A stretch of 64,000 nucleotides of DNA from Myxococcota bacterium. GTDB taxonomy: Bacteria > Myxococcota > UBA727 > JABDBI01. The stretch spans positions 183,074-247,073 of the forward strand of contig JAZKCZ010000002.1 in assembly GCA_040387835.1 (NCBI GenBank), given 5' to 3'. Shown in pieces: positions 18,021 to 28,729 of this stretch. How positions within the stretch are numbered: position 1 is the first letter of the stretch; each line of letters opens with the position of its first letter. The position numbers were made by a program, and so were the translations under genes. The notes beneath the pieces were generated by a model, which worked only from the letters and a program-made list of their open reading frames with translations, did not search any database and was not told where the DNA came from.

Positions 18021-18478
18021 ATCATCATCTTGGATAAATCGACTGATTTTGGTGGACGAGGTGCTTGTTTATGGTCATCCAGCAATTCGATAACAATATC
18101 CGCCATGTTAAACACAGAAGCTTCGATAAGTTTCATGGCTTTATTGAAGTTTGCGCCTTGATCATCAGGCATCTTTCTAAAGCTTTCCTGCAAAAAAACT
18201 CTCAATACGGGACCGAAACTCAAAGTCGCTTTTAAGATATCACCTGCCTGGAAAGATTGCGAAAGGCGGCGCTTAACCCAATACCCTAAAACGATTTTCA
18301 ATTTGTTCCTATTTTCGGAGATTAAATAATCTGAGTAAGCAGTTAAAATGCCAGTCATGGACTCTTTGAGCTCAAATCGCGACATCCGAGCATAAGGCCT
18401 TGCTTCTGAGCGGAGATAGCTGGCCAATTGATTCGCGATCTGATCACGATTTTCTGAGAGGAGGCTATAGACCAAGAT
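18008..18478 (-). CDS. hypothetical protein
   Basis: ORF convergent with the ureohydrolase gene; the long N-terminal extension in the track would overlap the bamA start and is rejected. Confidence 0.4.
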   Translation of the reverse strand: MLVYSLLSENRDQIANQLASYLRSEARPYARMSRFELKESMTGILTAYSDYLISENRNKLKIVLGYWVKRRLSQSFQAGDILKATLSFGPVLRVFLQESFRKMPDDQGANFNKAMKLIEASVFNMADIVIELLDDHKQAPRPPKSVDLSKMMIYRG

Positions 18479-18503
18479 CATAGAGCACTCTATATCCGAA
18501 TGC

Positions 18504-21290
18504 GTGATGAATCGGTCCTTGAAAATATTTTTAGGCCTCTGTATTTTTTTGCCATTGGCCCACGGACAGATGGGAATGCCCGCGCAACCGCCCGTACCAA
18601 GCAAGAAAAAAAAGGCCAGCGATGTCAGAGATCCAGCAATTTCCAGAGCCCTACCGGTCGGAAAGCTGTCTCCTTTGGCTGAAGAGGCCCTAAAGCGCTC
18701 CAACTTGCCAGGCGTACTCCGAGCAGCGTCAGCCCTGCCCGAGCATATCTACGAAATTAAAATCGAAGGTGCCCAAAAAGCAGAACCCGAAGCTGTTTTG
18801 GTTTTATTAAAAACTGAAATAGGCCAGCCCTTCGATAAAGCCACCATCGCCGAAGACATCCACCGCATCTTCAAAATGGGCCTTTTTACCGATATTTCTG
18901 TAGAAAGAGAGCTCGGCCCCAACGGTAGCTTCATCTTAATCTACAAATTACAAGAAAAAGCCACCATCTTTAAAATCCGGTTCGAAGGAAACGACGACCT
19001 CTCAGAAGAAGACCTAAACGGCGCAATCGATCTAAAGCCATACCAAATCGCAGATATGAATCGAATCAAAGAAAATGCAGAAAAGATTCGAAAACTTTAC
19101 ACAGACAAAGGCTTTTTACTGGCCCATGTCGCCTACGAAATCAAAAAGACCCCAAAAGAAGACGTTGGCGTCACCGATAAAAATAAAGCACCCGATTTTG
19201 TGGATATTATCTTTCACATAGACGAAGAATCCAAGATTCGCGTCGAAGCAATAACCATTTTGGGCAACAAGTCGCTTTCCGCAGACGAAATCAAAGCGCA
19301 CATGCGAACCAAAGAAAAGCATCCCTTAAGCTTTGTCACGCAATGGGGTATCTTCAACGAAGACATGCTCGAAATCGATGGCTTGCTCATTGAGCAATTC
19401 TACCAAGAACATGGCTTTTTGAACGTTCAAGTCGGCAAACCCAGAGCCACTTTGTCTCCTGATAAAACGCGGATCTCGGTTTTTATCTCCCTAGTTGAAG
19501 GCCCATCTTTTAAACTCGGTCAACTCGAAGTCACTGGAAACCTACTAGAACACTCGGAAGAATCCCTCAGAGAAAAGATTGACCTAGAAAGCGGCGACAC
19601 CTTCAACAAGCCGTTGTTCGTTCAAAACCTCAGCGCCATCCAAGAGGTATTCCAGGACGAAGGCTACGCTTATGTGAATATCACCCCAGAGAGTCACATC
19701 AACGAAAGCGAAGCCACCATCGATTTAAAACTCGATGTTGACCCAGGCCCTTTGGTTTACTTTGGCCGCTTAGACATCAAAGGCAACGCAGTCACCATGG
19801 ACGACGTCATCCGTCGTGAGCTCCGCATCTATGAAGGCGAGCTTTACTCAGCATCCCTGCTTCGTTTAAGCGAACAGCGGCTAAATCAGCTTGGCTATTT
19901 TGAAAGCGTGAAAATCACCACGAAGCCAAGTGATGAGCCTGATGTCATGGATGTCCAAATCGAAGTAAAAGAAAAAAGATTGGGCTCCATTCAGGTCGGT
20001 GGCGGTTATGGAACCGGCGGCGAAGGTTTTCTCTTTCAAGCTCAACTCAGCCAAAACAATCTTTTTGGCCGTGGGCAATCTCTGACGGGGAGCGTTCAAT
20101 GGTCAGCCTATCGCCGCATCTTTGAATTGCAGTTTATCGACCCGTACATCACCTACGTTGCCAACGCGCCTTTATCGCTCTCTTTAAGGGCGTACGATAC
20201 GCAACGATATTTCGGCGACTACTACCGCGCCAGTACAGGCGGGGAAGCCAGCCTCGGCTATCCCATCGGGCATTTTTTGGGCGACGTGTCCAAGCGATGG
20301 TATCAAAATGCCTCTCGGGGTTTTGAACCTTACGTCCCCGATTTCGAAAACTTACGCTTTTTCTTATCCTTCACAGGCGAACGCGTGCGCATTGAAGACA
20401 GCCTTGAAGGCGGGGTCAATTATTGGGGATGGCATTTGCATCAGGCGCGCTACACGACCTCTCTGCGACCTATTCTGCAAATGGATCAGCGTAACAATCG
20501 AATTTTTCCGACGGCCGGCTATTTCTTAGAGTTTAGGACTGAGTTTGCCAGCTCTTATTTTGGATCGATTTTGTTGGCCGATTTGGAAAATAAAATCGCG
20601 CAGGACAATAAGCCAACAGGCATTAACGGTGGTCTGAACTTCTTGAGGCAAGATGCCCAGGCAAATAATTTCATCCGTTATGGCTCAACGATGAGAGGCT
20701 ACTATAATTTTAACTCCTGGTTCTTCTTGCCTAATTGGGTGTTGAAGCTGAATGTCGATTTAGGTGTTTTAGACACTTTTGGCGTGCCGCTTTTATCCGA
20801 AAACTATCGCTTGGGCGGTGTCCAACTTGGCAGCCAAACAGGGCTTAGAGGCTATTACTTCCAGTCAATCGGCCCTGTGCTAAACGTTGGGCAGCAATTT
20901 AGCCCAGGTCCTATTAGACAGCTTGTGGTGGGTGGAAACAAACAGTTTTTGGCAAACTTAGAACTTGAGTTTCCGCTGCTTAAGCAAATCAACCTCTTCG
21001 GCGTTGCATTTTTCGATATGGGGAACGTGTATGGACCCGGAGAAGGCCTTTTCTACATTGGCAACAAAGACATCGGCCAAAAATACCCCGGCTATCATGA
21101 CCCCCTGGGGACTTTCTATGGCCTAGGTTTGTATAGCGCTGCAGGTGTAGGACTTCGCTGGTTCAGCCCCATGGGCGCCCTACGCTTCGAATGGGGCTTC
21201 CCGCTTGTCAAAAGACCACACGGCACCCCAGGCATGCCTGCAGGTGACTCCGCCATGCAGTTTCTGTTCACCATCGGTCAGAGTTTCTAA
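18504..21290 (+). CDS. bamA: outer membrane protein assembly factor BamA (POTRA repeats plus Omp85 barrel)
   Basis: 928 aa; signal peptide; multiple POTRA-like repeats; C-terminal beta-barrel ending in an aromatic residue. Confidence 0.95.
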   Translation: MMNRSLKIFLGLCIFLPLAHGQMGMPAQPPVPSKKKKASDVRDPAISRALPVGKLSPLAEEALKRSNLPGVLRAASALPEHIYEIKIEGAQKAEPEAVLVLLKTEIGQPFDKATIAEDIHRIFKMGLFTDISVERELGPNGSFILIYKLQEKATIFKIRFEGNDDLSEEDLNGAIDLKPYQIADMNRIKENAEKIRKLYTDKGFLLAHVAYEIKKTPKEDVGVTDKNKAPDFVDIIFHIDEESKIRVEAITILGNKSLSADEIKAHMRTKEKHPLSFVTQWGIFNEDMLEIDGLLIEQFYQEHGFLNVQVGKPRATLSPDKTRISVFISLVEGPSFKLGQLEVTGNLLEHSEESLREKIDLESGDTFNKPLFVQNLSAIQEVFQDEGYAYVNITPESHINESEATIDLKLDVDPGPLVYFGRLDIKGNAVTMDDVIRRELRIYEGELYSASLLRLSEQRLNQLGYFESVKITTKPSDEPDVMDVQIEVKEKRLGSIQVGGGYGTGGEGFLFQAQLSQNNLFGRGQSLTGSVQWSAYRRIFELQFIDPYITYVANAPLSLSLRAYDTQRYFGDYYRASTGGEASLGYPIGHFLGDVSKRWYQNASRGFEPYVPDFENLRFFLSFTGERVRIEDSLEGGVNYWGWHLHQARYTTSLRPILQMDQRNNRIFPTAGYFLEFRTEFASSYFGSILLADLENKIAQDNKPTGINGGLNFLRQDAQANNFIRYGSTMRGYYNFNSWFFLPNWVLKLNVDLGVLDTFGVPLLSENYRLGGVQLGSQTGLRGYYFQSIGPVLNVGQQFSPGPIRQLVVGGNKQFLANLELEFPLLKQINLFGVAFFDMGNVYGPGEGLFYIGNKDIGQKYPGYHDPLGTFYGLGLYSAAGVGLRWFSPMGALRFEWGFPLVKRPHGTPGMPAGDSAMQFLFTIGQSF

Positions 21291-22392
21291 ACACCTCAAA
21301 GGGTGTTTCGACCACCAACCTACCCTTGGAATAAGAGCGCTTTAAACGAGCAACAATCTGCGTCGCTTTAGGGGGGCTGAGCTTCTCGGCATAATAGCTT
21401 AGAGCCGGCGAAATATCGCTGTCGGAATATTTGACTTCGATTAGTTCATGTAGCACGCCATCTTTAAGAATCGCGAAGTCTACCTCTCGCTTCTCTTTGT
21501 CCCGGATGTACTTTAGTTCGTATTTGTAGCCATCTCGATCTTCCTTAAATTGCAACTCCTTCAATAGATGCGTCGCAACCAAATTTTCGAACTTTGCCCC
21601 TTCGTCCCCAAGAACATCTGCGTTATCAAAAAAGTAAACCTTAGGAGGTTTTTGGGTCGCTCGGGGCAGGTTCTTTGTGTAGGGGTAAACCGTAAATACC
21701 AGGTACATCTTCTCCAGCAATTCGAGCCATCGCTTAGCTGTTTTTGGCGAAATCTGTAAGTCTTCGGCAATATTAGATAGAACCACCATGCCCCCTACTC
21801 GAGATCTCAGTTGATCCACAAAAAGCGACAAAGTTTGGAGTTCACGAATGGGCTCTAAATCCCTGACATCATCTTTGATAATGCGATCCAGACGTTCCCG
21901 ACGCCATCTTCTGGCCTGGGTCTCATCATTGTCCAAAAAGGGCTCAGGGAAACCACCTACTGTCATCAAGCGCTCTAATGCGTCTGCTTCAGATATACCC
22001 TTAGGAATCTCTGCTAGAGAAAAAGGATGAAGACGCCAATAATGATACCGGCCCAAAAGCGAGTCGCCTCCTCGTTTATATATATCCAAACGCGCGCTGC
22101 CAGTTACTAAGAACCGATGATGTTCCTTTTGAACGTCATACAACCCCTTAATCCAATTCTTCCATCTGGGAAATTTATGAAGCTCATCAAATATGAGTAA
22201 CTGATCGCTATCTTTCCATAGCTGCTCAAGGATTGCCTGACGATCCTGGTCATAATCCCAGTTAAAATACTGTCCTGAAGCTCCAGAAAGCAGGCTCTTA
22301 GCCAAAGTGGTTTTTCCACACTGCCTAGGCCCGCCTACAAAAACCATCTTCTTTTGCAGGTCCTTTTGGATATAAGGGGTCAAGTATCTCAT
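21268..22392 (-). CDS. AAA+ superfamily ATPase (AAA_14/DUF4143-type)
   Basis: P-loop VFVGGPRQCGKTTLAK; typical about 370-aa architecture; convergent 23-bp overlap with bamA. Confidence 0.85.
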   Translation of the reverse strand: MRYLTPYIQKDLQKKMVFVGGPRQCGKTTLAKSLLSGASGQYFNWDYDQDRQAILEQLWKDSDQLLIFDELHKFPRWKNWIKGLYDVQKEHHRFLVTGSARLDIYKRGGDSLLGRYHYWRLHPFSLAEIPKGISEADALERLMTVGGFPEPFLDNDETQARRWRRERLDRIIKDDVRDLEPIRELQTLSLFVDQLRSRVGGMVVLSNIAEDLQISPKTAKRWLELLEKMYLVFTVYPYTKNLPRATQKPPKVYFFDNADVLGDEGAKFENLVATHLLKELQFKEDRDGYKYELKYIRDKEKREVDFAILKDGVLHELIEVKYSDSDISPALSYYAEKLSPPKATQIVARLKRSYSKGRLVVETPFEVFRNSDRW

Positions 22393-22440
22393 ATGACTAT
22401 TTTGGACCGAAGCACAAAATAGTCAAGACCATTTTGTAGT

Positions 22441-23027
22441 TCAGGATAAAACAGTCAGGTTGCGTACAGGCGCGAAGCTATTTCTGTGGATAGCGCATGG
22501 GCCAAATTGAGCCAGAGCGCTGAGATGCATTTCAGTTCCATAGCCTTTGTGGCGTTCAAATCCATAGACCGGGAACTGCTCAGCGTAGGCCAGCATCAGG
22601 CGATCTCTGTGAACTTTTGCGACAATAGATGCGGCCATGATGCAGCGGTGCAAGTCGTCTCCACCGACAAAGGTCTTTTGGACAATATCGATTTCGAACT
22701 TTACGCGCTGGTTACCGTCTACCCAAACTTCATGGACCGGGATTTTTAAATCCTGCACAGCAAGTTTCATCGCCAACAAAGATGCCTGTAAGATATTAAT
22801 TTGATCGATGGTTTCGGCAGATACGATGCCGATGCCGACCCCTAAAGATCGCTCAAAAATAGGTTCAATCAGCGCTTCACGCTGCTTTTCGTTTAATTTT
22901 TTGGAGTCTGATAAACCGGATATGCGGCGTTTTGGATTCAAAATCACCGCAGCGGCAACAACGGGCCCGGCTAATGGGCCCCGGCCGGCTTCATCGAGGC
23001 CGGCGATATACCAATTAGGTTCGTTCA
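22441..23027 (-). CDS. rnhB: ribonuclease HII
   Basis: [17 protein letters not shown] motif; likely GTG start just after the rplS stop. Confidence 0.85.
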
Positions 23028-23359
23028 CGAATACGAGCTTTCTTACCACGAAGTTCACGCAAGTAGTAAAGCTTAGCGCGACGGACAAAGCCGCTTTGCA
23101 AGATTTCGATTTTTTCAACTCGAGGGCTGGAAAGTGGGAAAATACGTTCCACACCTTCAGAAAAGCTTACTTTACGAACGGTAATCGCTTTGCGATTGCC
23201 AGCGCCACGCTCAGCGATCAATACGCCTTCAAAAGCCTGGACGCGTTCTTTTTCGCCTTCCTTAATCTTAAAAGAAACGCGCAAGGTATCTCCCACGCGG
23301 AACTTCGGGTGATCCGTACGGATTTCTTTTTGTTCTATTAAATCAATGAGGTTAGCCAT
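23015..23359 (-). CDS. rplS: 50S ribosomal protein L19
   Basis: [10 protein letters not shown]...[11 protein letters not shown]...KLYYLRE matches L19. Confidence 0.9.
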   Translation of the reverse strand: MANLIDLIEQKEIRTDHPKFRVGDTLRVSFKIKEGEKERVQAFEGVLIAERGAGNRKAITVRKVSFSEGVERIFPLSSPRVEKIEILQSGFVRRAKLYYLRELRGKKARIRERT

Positions 23360-24338
23360 GGGTGCTCTTTTTGCAGACAATGGTCAAAAAATCAACCCCC
23401 ACCTGCCTTAGAAACGATTCTTTTGAATAGTCATAGAGAGCGCTTAATTCCTGAATGGCTGGCACGCCTTGGTTCCCCAAAATCTTAGGGGCAGTGAACC
23501 ATGCAATTTCATCGACTAAACCTGCTTTTAAGAAAGCGGTCAGCATGATCCCGCCACCTTCTAAGAGTAGGCTGGTATATCCTTTGGAGCCTAAATCTTC
23601 CAAAGTATCTGTTAAACCATCTTTGGAGCGAAAAGTGATGGTATCAGGCTGGCGATGGGCTGCACGTTCATTAAAACGAGCCGTTAACGCAGGTTTATCA
23701 ACCAAAGCCGTGTTTGACCCAACACCAATTATATCGATCACTTCACGCAACTTGTGCGTTAGAGCCTTAGTCTGAGTGCCGGTAATCCAAGTTTGCTCAC
23801 CCGTTTTGAAAGCAATCTTACCATCTAAAGAAGTAGCAATCTTAGCGATCACGTAAGGGCGCTTTTTTTCTATCCAAGTTTTAAACGGTAGAATCAACGC
23901 TTCAGCTCTTTGGCGTAAAATGGTGTCTGCAACCTGCGTCACTTCAATACCGGCATTCTTGAGAGCTTTAATGCCCTCGCCTTGAACCTGCGGATTTGGA
24001 TCGATCACACCGTAAATCACTTTGCGAATCCCGCTCTGTATGATTTTCTGAGTACACGGAGGCGTCCTGCCAAAATGGTTGCAAGGCTCAAGCGTGACAT
24101 AAAGCGTTGCCCCTTGAGCGTGCTCGCCGGCGGCTTCTAAGGCCTGCGCCTCAGCATGCAATCCACCCGCCTTCATGTGATGGCCCGTCGCAATGATTTG
24201 ACCGTTTTTGGTGACCACACAGCCGACCGGCGGATTTGGGCGCGTGAAACCAAGCCCCTTTCGCGCCAGCTCCAATGCTACGGCAAAAGGATCTGTCGAA
24301 GCATCTACTGAATCAAAAATTAGTTCACAAAAACTCAT
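23352..24338 (-). CDS. ribD: bifunctional riboflavin biosynthesis deaminase/reductase RibD
   Basis: Deaminase zinc motif HAEAQAL...[13 protein letters not shown] plus C-terminal reductase domain. Confidence 0.9.
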   Translation of the reverse strand: MSFCELIFDSVDASTDPFAVALELARKGLGFTRPNPPVGCVVTKNGQIIATGHHMKAGGLHAEAQALEAAGEHAQGATLYVTLEPCNHFGRTPPCTQKIIQSGIRKVIYGVIDPNPQVQGEGIKALKNAGIEVTQVADTILRQRAEALILPFKTWIEKKRPYVIAKIATSLDGKIAFKTGEQTWITGTQTKALTHKLREVIDIIGVGSNTALVDKPALTARFNERAAHRQPDTITFRSKDGLTDTLEDLGSKGYTSLLLEGGGIMLTAFLKAGLVDEIAWFTAPKILGNQGVPAIQELSALYDYSKESFLRQVGVDFLTIVCKKSTHG

Positions 24339-25500
24339 GTATTTCTCGGCCATGGATACCCAATAAATACAGAATCCTTTCAAGACCACCAGCACTAATG
24401 GTGGTGTCCGCTGACTGCTTCAAGATTGCTTTGGCATGAAATGCAATGCCAAGCCCAGCTTTTGCCAGCATCAAAGCATCGTTCGCACCATCGCCAATGG
24501 CAATCGTTTGCTCGAGCGGGATTTTTTTAGATTGCGCAATGGTGTCTAGTAAATCAGCTTTACGATGAGCATCCACAATAGGTGCTATTACTTTGCCTGT
24601 CAGCAGGCCATCTTTCTCTTCCAATCTATTGGCGTAATAAAAATCGAGCCCGAGCAGATCTTTTAAATAAGAAGCTGCTTGCTCAAACCCGCCGGAAATA
24701 ATACCGATTTGATAACCGAGCCTTCTCAGCACACGGATAAGGTCTTTCGCGCCCGGGCTAAGTTCAAGGCCTTTAACAATCTGATTAATTGCGCTGGTAG
24801 GCAAACCCTTTAATAAAGCTACTCGTTGCCGAAGACTTTCAGCAAAGTCTAACCCCTCACTCATGGCCCTGTGCGTGATGGCGCTCACAGCTTCGTAAAC
24901 GCCATGGGCGCGGGCGAGCTCATCGATGACTTCATTTTGGATGAGCGTCGAATCCATATCCAGCACAACCAGGCGCTTATTACGCCGGGTTAAGCTCTCA
25001 CGTTGCAAAGCAATATCGACGTTATTTTCCGCAAGCTCTCGAAGCAAAGCTTGCTTCAATATTGCAGCATCAGACTCTAAAATGGACAGACCAATTTCAA
25101 GCGATGATAAGTCACCATGGCTCAGGCGCCGAATACCTTCAATGTTCGCTCGGTGACTCGCCAGCAAAGTAGAAATTTGATGCATAACCTCAGCGGTCAC
25201 TGGCTCAGCCATAACGGTTAGTGCGTAGCGCCGTTTATCATCCTGCGGCCAAACATCAGGAATTAACCGATATGACAGCTCCTGACCCAACTTTTTGGCA
25301 TAAAAAACCAGCTCGTTTAAAAGCGCCTGCCCAGCACTATTTTCGAAATTGGTATCAACCAACAAACATAAAGTGAGCTGCCCTTGGACCACCACCTGCT
25401 CAATGTCTTTTAGAGGCGCGTTTGCTCTCGCCAAGATCTCGGTCAAAGCAGAAGTGATGCCGGGCGCATCTGGGCCTGTGACGGTCAGCAACCAGTTCAT
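24325..25500 (-). CDS. serB: phosphoserine phosphatase SerB with N-terminal ACT domains
   Basis: HAD motif VLDMDSTLI; C-terminal GDGANDALML. Confidence 0.85.
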   Translation of the reverse strand: MNWLLTVTGPDAPGITSALTEILARANAPLKDIEQVVVQGQLTLCLLVDTNFENSAGQALLNELVFYAKKLGQELSYRLIPDVWPQDDKRRYALTVMAEPVTAEVMHQISTLLASHRANIEGIRRLSHGDLSSLEIGLSILESDAAILKQALLRELAENNVDIALQRESLTRRNKRLVVLDMDSTLIQNEVIDELARAHGVYEAVSAITHRAMSEGLDFAESLRQRVALLKGLPTSAINQIVKGLELSPGAKDLIRVLRRLGYQIGIISGGFEQAASYLKDLLGLDFYYANRLEEKDGLLTGKVIAPIVDAHRKADLLDTIAQSKKIPLEQTIAIGDGANDALMLAKAGLGIAFHAKAILKQSADTTISAGGLERILYLLGIHGREIHEFL

Positions 25501-25934
25501 ACGATTTTAACCACCTCAAGCTGCCAAAGACCCTTCGGTCGATGCACTTCTGCCGTTTCACCAGCCCTTTTATCAAGCACGGCCTTAGCAATCGGCGAGT
25601 CTTCGGAGATGCTACCCGGGTAAAATTCCGTTTCGCCTTGGCCAACAATACGAAAAACCCGGGTTTCACCCGCTTCGTCTTTCACCGTTACCAAAGCCAA
25701 CTGATCCGCTGCAACGACTTTGACATCTTTTAACAGACCCCCCAGATAGGCCAGTCGCTTATCAATCTCTCTCAGGTGTTTTTTGCCGTAGATATACTCC
25801 GCATTTTCAGAGCGATCGCCCTCGGCTGCAGCTGTAGCAATGCCACCAACCACTTTGGGTCGTTTGACAAAAAGCAGCTCTTCATATTCAGATTTCAGGC
25901 GTTCATAGCCGTTTTTCGTTAGCCTTTTCGACAT
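25497..25934 (-). CDS. greA: transcription elongation factor GreA
   Basis: GDRSENAEY and C-terminal FKBP-like domain. Confidence 0.85.
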   Translation of the reverse strand: MSKRLTKNGYERLKSEYEELLFVKRPKVVGGIATAAAEGDRSENAEYIYGKKHLREIDKRLAYLGGLLKDVKVVAADQLALVTVKDEAGETRVFRIVGQGETEFYPGSISEDSPIAKAVLDKRAGETAEVHRPKGLWQLEVVKIV

Positions 25935-26689
25935 AGCCAGCTACCTAGGCCTATCATGACCGCGGCAAATATTGCTAGTGCGATAAGGCAAACATCCATC
26001 GTTAACGCCGGCACCACACTTCCTAAAGGTGCTACCCCGCCAGCAAAAGCTGCCCTGAGCCCAGAAACCAACCAAGCAATGGGGTTAACAAGTACCACCA
26101 CTTTCATCCAAGCGGTATCTGGCGGAAACATGGCACCGGATAGAATCCACAACGGAATCAAAATCATGCCCATGAGCGCGTGATAGGCCGCTGTAGACGA
26201 GCTACCCCAAGCAAACACGAAGCCAAGAGACGCCAGCGCCATGCTACCCAGCAACAGAAATAAGACCAAAAGAGCCCAATCGGTTTGCGCCATCGAAAAA
26301 CCGCATAACGCGCCAATCATAATCAAAAGGCTGGCTTGAATCATTGCCAAAGCCGAAATGCCCAACACCTTGCCGAGCACCAAAGCGAATCTACCCCCAG
26401 GCGCGACCAGCACAGCCTGCATAAACCCAGAATTTCTGTCGTCAATCAATGTAATGGTCGAAAAAATGGCAGAAAATAAAATCACCATGGCAATAATGCC
26501 GACAAAGAAAAAATCTTGATAACCAAGGCTCGCGTTATCTGCCACCCTGAAACTCGGCACAAACCCCGATCCAATAACCACCCAGAAAATTAAAGGCTGA
26601 ACGATAATTCCAACCAACCTGGACGGCTCCTTAACCATTTTAAGAAGCTCGCGCACAAATAGCACACGGATCATTCGCCAGTTGCTCAT
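25919..26689 (-). CDS. ABC-2 type transporter permease
   Basis: 256-aa six-TM protein overlapping the ATPase gene by 4 bp. Confidence 0.8.
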   Translation of the reverse strand: MSNWRMIRVLFVRELLKMVKEPSRLVGIIVQPLIFWVVIGSGFVPSFRVADNASLGYQDFFFVGIIAMVILFSAIFSTITLIDDRNSGFMQAVLVAPGGRFALVLGKVLGISALAMIQASLLIMIGALCGFSMAQTDWALLVLFLLLGSMALASLGFVFAWGSSSTAAYHALMGMILIPLWILSGAMFPPDTAWMKVVVLVNPIAWLVSGLRAAFAGGVAPLGSVVPALTMDVCLIALAIFAAVMIGLGSWLCRKG

Positions 26690-27471
26690 GTGAGAGACAC
26701 TCCGGTCACGTGCAGGAAAGCATCTGCTAAAGTGGGCCTACGAACTTCCACAGACTCCACCATCTGCGGGGGGTAGGACTCCACCAACCGAGGCACCAAA
26801 GTATGCCCATCTTCAGCAATAACCACTTTTTCGCCCTCGCCTTTAACGCGCAAGATAATGCGATCGCCCGACACCCGTTTTTTAAACTCTGCAGGTGTTT
26901 CGGACAATAAAATGCGACCTTCATGAATGACCAACAAACGGTCACAGCGCTCGGCTTCTTCAGATTTATGCGTATTAATCAAGACCGTTGCCGATCGAGA
27001 TCTTAAATTATGCCAAAACTCTTCGAAAGCCCGCAAATCTAAACCTGTGGTCGGCTCATCCATCAGTACCAAAGAAGGATTATGAACAAATACACGCGCT
27101 ATTTCCAGCTTGCGTTTCATACCGCCCGAGAGCTGTTTCACCGGCACGTTTAAATCGACACCGGAAACTGTATCAGGAACAACGGCATCGGCATATAAAC
27201 CCGCAAAGAGCCTTAAATTTTCGAAGCCCGTGAGCTTTGGATCCAAACTGGCATCTTGAAACACCACGCCGAGTTTTTCTTTAGCAATGGGGCTGATGTA
27301 ACCTTGCTGCACCGGCAACAAACCGCACAAAAGCTTTTGTAGCGTGCTTTTACCTGCGCCGTTAACACCTAAGATGCCAACCACTTCACCGGAGTTCACA
27401 TTAAACGAGACAGCATCTAAAACAGCCTTTTTGCCATATGCATGACAAAGGTCCTTTACATGAACTTGCAT
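26686..27471 (-). CDS. ABC transporter ATP-binding protein
   Basis: Walker A GVNGAGKSTL; ABC signature LSGGMKRKLEIA; Walker B LVLMDEPTTGLD. Confidence 0.9.
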   Translation of the reverse strand: MQVHVKDLCHAYGKKAVLDAVSFNVNSGEVVGILGVNGAGKSTLQKLLCGLLPVQQGYISPIAKEKLGVVFQDASLDPKLTGFENLRLFAGLYADAVVPDTVSGVDLNVPVKQLSGGMKRKLEIARVFVHNPSLVLMDEPTTGLDLRAFEEFWHNLRSRSATVLINTHKSEEAERCDRLLVIHEGRILLSETPAEFKKRVSGDRIILRVKGEGEKVVIAEDGHTLVPRLVESYPPQMVESVEVRRPTLADAFLHVTGVSLT

Positions 27472-28316
27472 AAGAGCCCGTCGATCGCCAGCAACAAAAA
27501 CAAAACACTTTGATAAATGAGTGAGCCCCGAAATAATTTGCGAGCCCAGATTTTTATATCTTTAGAAAAATAGCCCAGCACAGCCAGCGTCAAAAACCAA
27601 AAGCCCAACAGCGTGCTAATAACACCGTAGAACATGCCGCCGACATCAAGCCACCACAACAAACCTGCATTCGCAACAATGAGCACGGTGGTTAAAATCG
27701 TCAAAGCAATCGCCGTAGGCTCACCAGTAACTTGCACAATCACCGGATAACCAGCTTTCATATATTCTTCTTTTCGAAAAATACCTATGGCAATAAAATG
27801 CGGCAGCTGCCAAAAAAAAGCGAGCCCAAACAAAGCCAGCCCTGCCGCATCAATCTGCCCAGACACTGCCGTATAACCCATGAGAGCCGGCATAGCGCCA
27901 GGAAACGCCCCCACAACCAAGGCCCAGGTGCTGAGTCTTTTCATCGGGGTGTAAATCAACACGTAAGCAACGAGTGACGCCATACCGAGCATGACGGTCA
28001 ATAAGTTGGTCGAAACCCATAAAACAGGAATCGCTAATAGTGAAGTCAAAAAACCCACCCCCAATGCCCAACCGGGTTGAAGTCTACCGGTAGGCAAGGG
28101 TCGGGTTGCGGTTCGCGCCATTAAGCCGTCGTAATCTCTTTCGAGATACATATTGAACGCACTTGAGCCGGAAACTAAAAGTGCGATCCCCAGCAAAGCG
28201 AGCGCCGCTTGAACAGGAGCCAGTGTCGCCTCAGCCAACAACATACAACCTCCTGCCACCAGGAGAGTCATGAGGGTAATACGAGGTTTGGTAAGAGCGA
28301 CAAGGTCGAGCGTCAT
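27456..28316 (-). CDS. ctaB: protoheme IX farnesyltransferase (heme O synthase)
   Basis: UbiA-family 286-aa membrane protein with a CtaB/CyoE-like N-terminus. Confidence 0.85.
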   Translation of the reverse strand: MTLDLVALTKPRITLMTLLVAGGCMLLAEATLAPVQAALALLGIALLVSGSSAFNMYLERDYDGLMARTATRPLPTGRLQPGWALGVGFLTSLLAIPVLWVSTNLLTVMLGMASLVAYVLIYTPMKRLSTWALVVGAFPGAMPALMGYTAVSGQIDAAGLALFGLAFFWQLPHFIAIGIFRKEEYMKAGYPVIVQVTGEPTAIALTILTTVLIVANAGLLWWLDVGGMFYGVISTLLGFWFLTLAVLGYFSKDIKIWARKLFRGSLIYQSVLFLLLAIDGLLCKFM

Positions 28317-28362
28317 GATAAGTGCTTAGGAACTAACAACAGCATCCCTAAGCGTCAATATC

Positions 28363-28671
28363 TTAACGACGCCAGAATCCGCCACCATTTGCATGGCCAT
28401 TCGGAATGCCATGGCCACCGCGTCCACCACGGCCGCCTCTGTATGGCATCTGGCAAATGCCATAACCCATATTGCCAACACACATTAGGCCTGGCGCGCA
28501 ATGCGGACCCCTTGGGAAGTTACTACAGGCTTGTCCTGCATAAGCAACATAAGGTCTATTAGGTGTTCTGTTTCCCCAGTTAAAAGAAATGCTTGGGTGA
28601 GCCGATGCGCTGGTCGCCGTGAAAAACAGGATTGAGCCTAAAAGCACCCCGAGATTGAGCAGTCTGAACAT
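28363..28671 (-). CDS. small secreted Cys-containing protein with RGG/Gly-rich tail
   Basis: Signal peptide; 4 Cys (C-x8-C-x5-C-x8-C); RGGRGGRGGHG tail. Confidence 0.5.
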   Translation of the reverse strand: MFRLLNLGVLLGSILFFTATSASAHPSISFNWGNRTPNRPYVAYAGQACSNFPRGPHCAPGLMCVGNMGYGICQMPYRGGRGGRGGHGIPNGHANGGGFWRR

Positions 28672-28729
28672 GTTTGTCTTCCTCCAGCAATCAATCTAGA
28701 TTTTCCTGAAGGAGCGCGCGTCGGGCGAT

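Noticed and set aside
18479-18703. N-terminal 75 aa of the 18008-18703 minus-strand ORF
   Set aside because: It would run antisense through the bamA start and signal-peptide region; a downstream Met (about 18478) is more plausible.
23360-23380. Extended rplS start (MSAKRAP...)
   Set aside because: Alignment with L19 N-termini supports the start at MANLID (23359).
28209-28562. 117-aa His/Cys-rich plus-strand ORF (HGHSECHGHRVHHG...)
   Set aside because: It is the reverse-frame shadow of the secreted Cys/RGG protein gene; the GGN/CCN periodicity creates the His/Gly-rich artefact.
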